NCBI GenBank assembly: GCA_046754105.1
Contig: JBHHVD010000084.1
Span: 1-13,263, forward strand
Reading direction: 5' to 3'
DNA: 13,263 nucleotides
Source: Candidatus Krumholzibacteriia bacterium
GTDB taxonomy: Bacteria; Krumholzibacteriota; Krumholzibacteriia; WVZY01
Of the stretch, positions 6,744 through 13,263 are shown one piece after another. The translations under genes were made by a program, and so were the position numbers. Every line of letters begins with the position of its first letter. The stretch's first letter is position 1. The notes under the pieces were generated by a model, which did no database searches, was not told the DNA's origin, and was given only the letters and a program-made list of their open reading frames with translations.

Positions 6744-9422
6744 CTAGGAAATATGCGGGTTTGCCTTGGATGAATCGATTTTCAGATCGCCGACGGCCTT
6801 CTCGACCACTCCCGGATCGAGCTTCTTCTCGTCGCACAGCGCCTTTAAGGCCGCCAGCGTGATGTAGCGGGCGTCTACCTCGAAGAAATCACGGAGTGCC
6901 TCGCGCGAACCGCTGCGCCCGAACCCGTCCGTGCCGAGAAAAGCAAAGCGACCGGGAACCCAGCGTGCGATGGTGGCGGGCAGCGCCTTTAGATAGTCGG
7001 ACGCCGCGACAAATACGCCGCTCTCCCCCTCGAGCAGCCTGCCGACGTACGGCGTGGCTGGTTTTTTACCCGGATGCAGGAGGTTGTCGCGCTCGGTGTC
7101 GACGGCGTCTCGGTAGAGTTCCCGGTAGCTGGTCACGCTCCACACGTCGGTGGCCACCTGGTACTCGTTCTCGAGGATCTTCTGCGCCTTGATCGCCTCA
7201 TTTAGTATCGCGCCACTGCCGAGCAAGTGCGCACGGCGTACGGCGCGTTTCTTCTGAGATTTCTTCAAGCGGTACATTCCTCTCAAGATACCGTCCTTCA
7301 CGCCTTCCGGCATCGCCGGCATTGGATACGGCTCGTTCATGACGGTCAGGTAATAAAATATATCTTCCTGGTCTTGGTACATGCGCCGGATCCCCTCGCG
7401 GATGATGACGGCTATCTCGTAGGCAAAGGTCGGGTCGTAGGCACACAGGTTGGGCACGGTATAGGCCAGCATGTGGCTGTTCCCGTCCTGGTGCTGGAGT
7501 CCCTCGCCACTGAGTGTCGTGCGCCCGGCCGTTCCGCCCAGCATGAAACCTCGTGCACGCATGTCGCCTGCCGCCCAGATCAGGTCGCCGATGCGCTGGA
7601 ACCCGAACATCGAGTAAAAGATGAAGAACGGAATCATGTTGATGCCGTGCGTGGCGTAGCACGTGCCGGCGGCGAGAAACGAACACATCGAACCCGCCTC
7701 CGTAATACCCTCCTCGAGCACCGCCCCGTCCTTCGCCTCGCGGTAATAGAGCAGGTTTTCCCGGTCCACGGGCTCGTAGAGTTGGCCGAGCCGCGAGTAT
7801 ATCCCAACCTGGCGGAAGAGTGATTCCATGCCGAACGTGCGCGCTTCGTCGGGCACTATGGGTACGATGTGCTTGCCGATATTCTTGTCGCGGAGCAGCT
7901 TCGAGAGGAGATGCACGAAGGCCATGGTTGTGGCGATCTCGCGCTTGCCCGTGCCCTCGTAGAATTCGGTGAAGATTTCCTCGGGCGGCGTCTTTATCGG
8001 CTTGGCTTTTACCGTGCGGTTGGGCAGAAAACCGCCCAGCTCCTTGCGCCGCTCGAGCATGTACTTGAGCTCTTCACTGTCGGCGGGCGGTTTGTAGAAC
8101 GGCGCGTCGGCCACTGCTTCGTCGGAGATCGGGATCGCGAAACGGCTGCGGAACTCGCGCAGCTCCTGCTCGTTCAGCTTCTTTTGCTGGTGGGTGATGT
8201 TGCGCCCCTCGCCCGATTCGCCGAGGCCGTAGCCTTTTATCGTCTGGGCCAGGATGACCGATGGGGCGTACTTGTGCTCGGCCGCCGCCTTGAACGCCGC
8301 GTACACCTTCTTGGGATCGTGCCCGCCGCGCCGGAGTTTGCGCAACTGCTCGTCCGAGTAGTTCTGGACTAGCTCTAGCAGTTCGGGGTACTTGCCGAAG
8401 AAGTCGCTTCGGATGTAGTCACCGTCGGACACCGTGTACTTCTGATACTGGCCGTCCACGCATTCGTCCATTCGCTTGACGAGGAGCCCCGCGGTGTCCT
8501 TTTCCAGTAGCGGGTCCCAGTCGTCGCCCCAGATGACCTTGACGACGTTCCACCCGGCGCCACGAAACGCCGCCTCCAACTCCTGGATGATCTTGCCGTT
8601 GCCGCGGACCGGGCCGTCGAGACGCTGCAGGTTGCAGTTGATGACGAAGACGAGGTTGTCCAGCTGCTCGCGGGAGGCGAGGGTGAGCGCTCCCATCGCC
8701 TCGGGCTCGTCCATTTCACCATCCCCGAGAAACGCCCACACCTTCTCCTTCGCAGTCGCCTTGATCTTGCGGTTGTAGAGGTAATGGTTGAAGCGCGCCT
8801 GGTAGATGGCCATGATCGGCGCCAGCCCCATGGACACGGTCGGGAACTGCCAGAAATTCGGCAGCAGCCACGGGTGCGGGTACGAGGGCAGTCCGCCCCC
8901 GGGCTTGAGCTCGCGGCGGAAGTTCTCGAGGTCCTTTTCGGTGAGCCGGCCTTCGAGGAACGCCCTGCCGTAGATGCCGGGGGACGCATGCCCCTGGAAG
9001 TACACGATGTCTCCCGAGTGGTCGGGGCCGCCCGCCCGCAGGAAGTGGTTGAACGCGACCTCGAGAATGTTGGCCGCCGAGGCGTAGGTCGAGATGTGCC
9101 CCCCGATGCCGCTCTCCTCGCGGTTGGCCCGCACTACCATGGCCATCGCGTTCCAGCGGATGATGGACTTGATGCGGCGTTCGATCTCGTTGTTACCGGG
9201 ATAGGGCGGCTGCTGTTCGAGGGGAATCGTATTGATATAAGGAGTGTTGCCCGGATACTGCGACTGGATGCCGTATTTCTGAGCGCGGATCTGCAGCAGG
9301 CTGATCAGCTCGCGAACCCGTTCCGGACCGTCGTGCTCGTACACGTAGTCCATCGACTCGAGCCATTCCTGGTTCACCGTCGAGATCGAATCGGGCGTTC
9401 GCTTGTTGTCCGTCCTTGCCAT
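6744..9422 (-). CDS. aceE: Pyruvate dehydrogenase E1, homodimeric type, 892 aa
   Basis: [39 protein letters not shown] motif GDGE...[27 protein letters not shown] and GEGLQH; SD AAGGA. Confidence 0.97.
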   Translation of the reverse strand: MARTDNKRTPDSISTVNQEWLESMDYVYEHDGPERVRELISLLQIRAQKYGIQSQYPGNTPYINTIPLEQQPPYPGNNEIERRIKSIIRWNAMAMVVRANREESGIGGHISTYASAANILEVAFNHFLRAGGPDHSGDIVYFQGHASPGIYGRAFLEGRLTEKDLENFRRELKPGGGLPSYPHPWLLPNFWQFPTVSMGLAPIMAIYQARFNHYLYNRKIKATAKEKVWAFLGDGEMDEPEAMGALTLASREQLDNLVFVINCNLQRLDGPVRGNGKIIQELEAAFRGAGWNVVKVIWGDDWDPLLEKDTAGLLVKRMDECVDGQYQKYTVSDGDYIRSDFFGKYPELLELVQNYSDEQLRKLRRGGHDPKKVYAAFKAAAEHKYAPSVILAQTIKGYGLGESGEGRNITHQQKKLNEQELREFRSRFAIPISDEAVADAPFYKPPADSEELKYMLERRKELGGFLPNRTVKAKPIKTPPEEIFTEFYEGTGKREIATTMAFVHLLSKLLRDKNIGKHIVPIVPDEARTFGMESLFRQVGIYSRLGQLYEPVDRENLLYYREAKDGAVLEEGITEAGSMCSFLAAGTCYATHGINMIPFFIFYSMFGFQRIGDLIWAAGDMRARGFMLGGTAGRTTLSGEGLQHQDGNSHMLAYTVPNLCAYDPTFAYEIAVIIREGIRRMYQDQEDIFYYLTVMNEPYPMPAMPEGVKDGILRGMYRLKKSQKKRAVRRAHLLGSGAILNEAIKAQKILENEYQVATDVWSVTSYRELYRDAVDTERDNLLHPGKKPATPYVGRLLEGESGVFVAASDYLKALPATIARWVPGRFAFLGTDGFGRSGSREALRDFFEVDARYITLAALKALCDEKKLDPGVVEKAVGDLKIDSSKANPHIS

Positions 9423-9601
9423 TTCAACGAGTCCTTTTGTGTGCTTTACGCTGTGGGCCGTCCGGGCCCGCCGGGCTCCCGGCGACGGCTACCGACGCCG
9501 CTCTCGGTGCCTGGTCGGTGTGGGCGAATGGTGCCTCTTTTGCGGGCCGGCAGGCGCTCGAGCGGGCAGAGAGCACTCGGCAAAAACCACTGCAGACTTG
9601 A

Positions 9602-9638
9602 GTAATATCAGGAATTACGACATATGTCAAAAATTATA
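9602..9638 (-). promoter_or_regulatory. Putative sigma70 promoter of the PDH operon
   Basis: Minus strand: TTGACA (9630-9625), 17 nt, TATTAC (9607-9602) with a TG extended -10. An AT-rich tract upstream includes a TATAAT (9638-9633). Confidence 0.65.
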
Positions 9639-9679
9639 AGGCGCCGCACCCCGGAGGAGCCGCCACCTGCCGCTCGGGT

Positions 9680-10810
9680 TCAGCGTTCGGCGAGGGGCAC
9701 GTAGGTCACATCCCGGCTGCCCTCGTAGATTTGGCGCGGTCTGAAAAGGCGGTTATCGCGCATCTGCTCTAGCCAGTGCGCCATCCACCCGGCCGCCCGC
9801 GAGACGGCGAAAACAGGGGTAAACAGATCGCGGGGCACGCCGAGCTTGTCGTAGACGATGCCGGAGTAAAAATCCACGTTGGGGTAGATGCCCTTGTGGC
9901 CCAGCAGTTCACCGGCGACGTTCTCCAGCGCCACGGCGAGGTCGTACACATCCGATTTCCCCGTCGTCTCGAACAACTCGGTGGCCAGGCCCTGGAGGAT
10001 TATCGCTCGCGGGTCCTTGGTCTTGTAGACGCGGTGGCCCAGCCCCATGATCTTCTCTCTCTTGAGGACCATCGAGCGGACGGCCTCCTCCACGCGGTCG
10101 ACGGCCCCGATCTCCCGCAACTGGATGAGAACGCGCTCGTTGGCGCCGCCGTGCAGGGAACCGGCCAGGCAGCCGATCGCCGACGACACGACGGCGAACG
10201 GGGAGCCGTTGGTGGAAGCGGTCACCCGTGCGGCGAAGGTGGAGGCGTTCATCGTGTGGTCGGCGTGCAGGATGAGCGCAACGTCCATGACACGCGCTCT
10301 CTGCCCGTCCGGCTCGCTGCCCGTGATCATGCGGACGAAGTCGACCGCGTGACCGAGACCCGGGTCCGGCTCGATGGCGTCCTCTCCCCGCCGGTATCGT
10401 TCGAACGCCGCGGCGATCGACGGGATCTTGGCGATGATCTCGACTGCGGCCCACTCGCGAGCGTCCGCTCGCCCGTAATCGGCCTCGGGGAGGAACGTCC
10501 CGAGCGCGGCCGCGCAAGCCTGCAACACCTCCATCGGACGCGCACCCTTTGGAAACGAACGAATGAGACCTTCAAGCGCGGGTGGCAGCCGGCGGGCTTC
10601 GCCGAGTGTTTCCGAGAAGCGGCGCAACGCGTCGCGGCCGGGCAGCTTGCCATGGAGAAGCAAGTAGGCGGTCTCCTCGAAGGTGCTGTGCTGCGCGAGA
10701 GTCTCGATCCGGATGCCCCGGTATTCGAGAATGCCCTGCTCTCCGTCTATGAAACTGATGGAGGATCGCGCCGCCGGCACCCCGGCGAGACCCGGAACAT
10801 ATTCCGTCAT
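9680..10810 (-). CDS. gltA: Citrate synthase, short (type I-like) form, 376 aa; 2-methylcitrate synthase activity not excluded
   Basis: PGLAGV N-terminus, LEYRGI, LHADHTMNASTF, LHGGANE, MGLGHRVYKTKDPR, YPNVDFYSG and LFRPR; SD GAGGAG. Confidence 0.92.
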   Translation of the reverse strand: MTEYVPGLAGVPAARSSISFIDGEQGILEYRGIRIETLAQHSTFEETAYLLLHGKLPGRDALRRFSETLGEARRLPPALEGLIRSFPKGARPMEVLQACAAALGTFLPEADYGRADAREWAAVEIIAKIPSIAAAFERYRRGEDAIEPDPGLGHAVDFVRMITGSEPDGQRARVMDVALILHADHTMNASTFAARVTASTNGSPFAVVSSAIGCLAGSLHGGANERVLIQLREIGAVDRVEEAVRSMVLKREKIMGLGHRVYKTKDPRAIILQGLATELFETTGKSDVYDLAVALENVAGELLGHKGIYPNVDFYSGIVYDKLGVPRDLFTPVFAVSRAAGWMAHWLEQMRDNRLFRPRQIYEGSRDVTYVPLAER

Positions 10811-10848
10811 TGCTCGCTCCTCGAGATGGGAAGGGTCGCTATCTCTCT

Positions 10849-10879
10849 ATTATATAATGCATTCTAGAGCCCGGCACAA
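10849..10879 (-). promoter_or_regulatory. Putative sigma70 promoter for citrate synthase
   Basis: Perfect TATAAT on the minus strand (10854-10849) in an AT-rich patch, with TAGAAT at 10866-10861. The best -35 (TTGTGC, 10879-10874) is at a suboptimal 19-nt spacing. Confidence 0.45.
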
Positions 10880-10947
10880 GCGCGGACATGGGTCGTCACT
10901 TTGGGGGGTGTGCTTGTCAACGGGGGCGCGGAAAGGCGACCCGGGGA

Positions 10948-11574
10948 TTAGACGGCGTCGGACGTCACCGCGTCCTCCGATGCCGCCTGTGGGTGGCTGG
11001 TGGCCGGGATCTGGCAACGCTGCTCGAACGCCTGTGAGACCTCTGCGGACAGCCGGTTCAGGGCGTCGCCGGCCGGCGCCGAGCCATCCAGCTTGCAGCG
11101 GGCGTTCTCGATCCCCTGGTCGATCCTCAGCCGGATCGTCCGCTCGCGGCCCTCGAGGCTCTCTGCCATCTGGTTGAAGGACTCGGCCAGGGCTTTCAGC
11201 TCGTCTTTGGCCCGTAGCCGGATGCGGCCGGCCATGTCGCCGGCGGCCAGCTGGTGCATGTGGTGCGTGATCTTGACGACCGGTCCGGCCACGCGGTGGG
11301 TGCGCCAGATACTGAAAGCGATCCACAGGGTCAGCAGGCCCGCCAGAAAGCCCACCAGCGCCAGTACGGTGTACCTGTGCTGGGCGTGGTAGATTGCGAT
11401 CATGTCGGGACTCTGGCTCGCGAGCACGAGATTCATGGAACGCATCAGGTTGATGATGGGGAGCGACAGGCAAAATGCCGCCGCGAGGATGTATACGACG
11501 CCAATGACGGTCGCGTCGTACTGGAAACGCTTGTCGACCACCACGGTCCTGCGTCTGCCTCTGCCGAAGTGCAT
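10948..11574 (-). CDS. Two-TM HAMP-domain membrane protein without an output domain, 208 aa
   Basis: SD GGAGGAG before the ATG at 11574; N-terminal RRRxxVVDKRFQ; two hydrophobic helices; THRVAGP followed by HAMP signature LAAGDM...IRLRAKDELKALAESFNQM; short helical tail. Confidence 0.85.
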   Translation of the reverse strand: MHFGRGRRRTVVVDKRFQYDATVIGVVYILAAAFCLSLPIINLMRSMNLVLASQSPDMIAIYHAQHRYTVLALVGFLAGLLTLWIAFSIWRTHRVAGPVVKITHHMHQLAAGDMAGRIRLRAKDELKALAESFNQMAESLEGRERTIRLRIDQGIENARCKLDGSAPAGDALNRLSAEVSQAFEQRCQIPATSHPQAASEDAVTSDAV

Positions 11575-11603
11575 CGGTCTCCTCCCTGGTGCAGGGGCAG
11601 TTA

Positions 11604-11619
11604 CGCAAGGACGGTGCCA
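11604..11619 (-). promoter_or_regulatory. Putative sigma54 (-24/-12) promoter for the HAMP gene
   Basis: Minus strand TGGCACCGTCCTTGCG matches TGGCAC-N5-TTGC with exact GG-N10-GC spacing, about 30 nt upstream of the start codon. Confidence 0.7.
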
Positions 11620-11695
11620 CATTGCCGATGAGGCTTGCCTTTGTTTAACCCCTTGTGATAGTATGCGTTAGATAAGCGTTTTGCGCGCGGTTGGC

Positions 11696-11711
11696 AGGCG
11701 CGATTGTTGCT
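11696..11711 (+). promoter_or_regulatory. Putative sigma54 (-24/-12) promoter for the kinase gene
   Basis: AGGCGCGATTGTTGCT against consensus TGGCACGNNNNTTGCW: correct GG-N10-GC spacing, two mismatches. Confidence 0.5.
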
Positions 11712-11764
11712 TTCGGCAAGGGACGAGCGAGCGGGATGCCCAGATTAAAAGTGTTTGATGAACC

Positions 11765-13075
11765 ATGATGCAGATTGCGAAATCAAAACGCCGCCTGTAC
11801 GTCGGCAGGCGTGTGGGAAAATATAAGCTGCTCAAGAGAATAGGCGTGGGCGCATTCGGTGTCGTTTACAAGGCGTACGATGATGTCGAGGGGCAGCACG
11901 TCGCGCTGAAGATATACAACGAGTCCGACAGCGCGGGCGACCTCTTGCGCTATTTCAAGCAGGAGGTTCGGCTCTTGTCCAAAGTCGACCACAAGAACGT
12001 CCTGAAATTGAAGAACGCGGATATTTTCGATGGACGCCTCTATTTCGTTTCGGAGCTGGGGCGAGAGACGCTGGCAGAGAGAAAGCGAAGCAGCATCCGC
12101 TACAACTTCGCGTTGAGCGTGCTCAAACAGATACTCGAAGCACTGATAGAGGTCCAGGAACACAATATCGTTCACCGCGATATCAAGCCCGCCAACATCA
12201 TTATTTTTCCCGGAAACGTCGCGAAGCTCGGTGACTTCGGCATCGCCAAGGTGATGCAGAAGGTGGGAAAGTCGATCGGCACCGACGCGGGTACGCACGG
12301 CTATTTCGCGCCCGAGCAGATCTACGGGCACCCGAGTTTTGCGTCGGATATCTTCTCACTCGGGCTGGTCTTCTACGAAATGATCACCGGCGTGCTTCCA
12401 CGCTGGCCCTTCCAGTGGCCGTTCGACGGCAAGGAGAAATTCAACCGGCGCGTGCCGCTGGGTGTTCGCAAGGTGGTGCGTAAGGCGCTCGAATTCGACG
12501 AGCCGGACCGGTATCCGGACGCGATATCGATGTACGAAGACGTGCTGGCCGCGGAGACTCGCGTGAACGGCGCACAGAACGCCAACTCGCGCAAGCGGAT
12601 GATGCCGTGGCGCAAGTATCGCGAGCTGGAGTTCTCGACGAAATACGCGAATCTGCTCGACCTGAAATACAAGTGTGCCGAGTGTGCGGGTCCCATATCG
12701 GAATTCATGATGAATTGCCCGTGGTGCGGTACGGACAAGAACTCGTTCAAGGGCCTGACCTCGTTCACCGCTGTGTGCAAGCGCTGCGAGCACGGTGTAA
12801 AGGACGAGTGGGATTACTGCCCCTGGTGTTACGGGAAGAAATTCACGTGGTCGGACGTGTGGATGACGGACGACAAGCGGTACGTAAGGAAATGTCCGAA
12901 TCGCTACTGCGCGGAGCGCAAGATCATGCGCTGGATGCGCTACTGTCCGTGGTGCCACGTCAAGCTGAGGCCGTGGCGCATCCCGCAATTCGAGGGCCGC
13001 TGCAAGAAATGCCGCTGGAGCGTAGCCTCCGACTACTGGGACTTCTGTGCGTGGTGCGGGACCGAGGTAGGGTGA
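11765..13075 (+). CDS. Soluble Hanks-type Ser/Thr protein kinase with four C-terminal C4 zinc ribbons, 436 aa
   Basis: GVGAFGVV, VALK, helix-C Glu (QEV), HRDIKPAN, DFG, GTHGYFAPE and DIFSLG; eight Cys pairs in the C-terminal part; no TM segment. Start is 11765 or 11768. Confidence 0.93.
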   Translation: MMQIAKSKRRLYVGRRVGKYKLLKRIGVGAFGVVYKAYDDVEGQHVALKIYNESDSAGDLLRYFKQEVRLLSKVDHKNVLKLKNADIFDGRLYFVSELGRETLAERKRSSIRYNFALSVLKQILEALIEVQEHNIVHRDIKPANIIIFPGNVAKLGDFGIAKVMQKVGKSIGTDAGTHGYFAPEQIYGHPSFASDIFSLGLVFYEMITGVLPRWPFQWPFDGKEKFNRRVPLGVRKVVRKALEFDEPDRYPDAISMYEDVLAAETRVNGAQNANSRKRMMPWRKYRELEFSTKYANLLDLKYKCAECAGPISEFMMNCPWCGTDKNSFKGLTSFTAVCKRCEHGVKDEWDYCPWCYGKKFTWSDVWMTDDKRYVRKCPNRYCAERKIMRWMRYCPWCHVKLRPWRIPQFEGRCKKCRWSVASDYWDFCAWCGTEVG

Positions 13076-13089
13076 GGCGGCCGGCGGCG

Positions 13090-13114
13090 CACGGCCGGCT
13101 GTCAACCGGCCGTG
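13090..13114 (+). terminator. GC-rich stem-loop after the kinase stop (possible terminator or mRNA stabiliser)
   Basis: CACGGCCGG-ctgtcaa-CCGGCCGTG, a 9-bp perfect stem starting 14 nt after the stop; no U-tract. Confidence 0.35.
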
Positions 13115-13263
13115 GCTCGTACTGCGGCCGGTGCGTTGTTGATTGTTTCCCGACCCGCGCTCCACTTCCCTCGGCTACCCACGGTCATCACGGGTGGCAG
13201 CGAACGGGCGCCCGCCCGCGCGCAGCCTTCGAGCACGGGTGGGCTGTTCGCTGACAGGACCCG

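Noticed and set aside
9423..9600. TPP riboswitch or small CDS upstream of aceE
   Set aside because: No CUGAGA core; the short ORFs lack convincing SD or coding features.
9776..10867. 363-aa plus-strand ORF
   Set aside because: Antisense shadow of citrate synthase.
10914..10920. TTGACA on the minus strand upstream of citrate synthase
   Set aside because: No acceptable -10 at 16-18 nt spacing (GACGAC at 17).
10850..11620. 256-aa alternative-frame ORF over the HAMP gene
   Set aside because: Arg/Pro-rich off-frame composition; the HAMP frame has the SD and the domain.
11765..13075. Kinase as a horizontally acquired gene, or as a PDH kinase
   Set aside because: It looks somewhat more AT-rich, but this was not quantified, may reflect Lys/Ile/Tyr content, and there are no mobility signatures. 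Known PDH kinases have a GHKL fold and act on heterotetrameric E1, so proximity alone is not support.
12356..13254. ORFs of 269 aa (-) and 215 aa (+) overlapping the kinase 3' half
   Set aside because: Shadow or off-frame ORFs without motifs.

Overview
GC-rich bacterial window with nine intact protein-coding genes; no RNA genes, mobile elements or CRISPR arrays were seen. Reading the minus strand from right to left, it encodes a small two-TM HAMP protein, a short-type citrate synthase, and an aceE-aceF-lpdA pyruvate dehydrogenase operon. Next come a 628-aa predicted lipoprotein of 14 'VWG' repeats (probably two 7-bladed beta-propellers) and an MbnP-like lipoprotein translationally coupled to an MbnH-like di-heme cytochrome c peroxidase-family lipoprotein. 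The plus strand carries a soluble Hanks-type Ser/Thr kinase with four C-terminal C4 zinc ribbons, divergent from the HAMP gene; the shared intergenic region holds back-to-back sigma54-like promoters. The two most interesting modules are the propeller/MbnP-like/MbnH-like envelope trio with a variant Trp motif, and the zinc-ribbon kinase/orphan HAMP divergon. All assignments come from motif recognition by eye; no searches were run.
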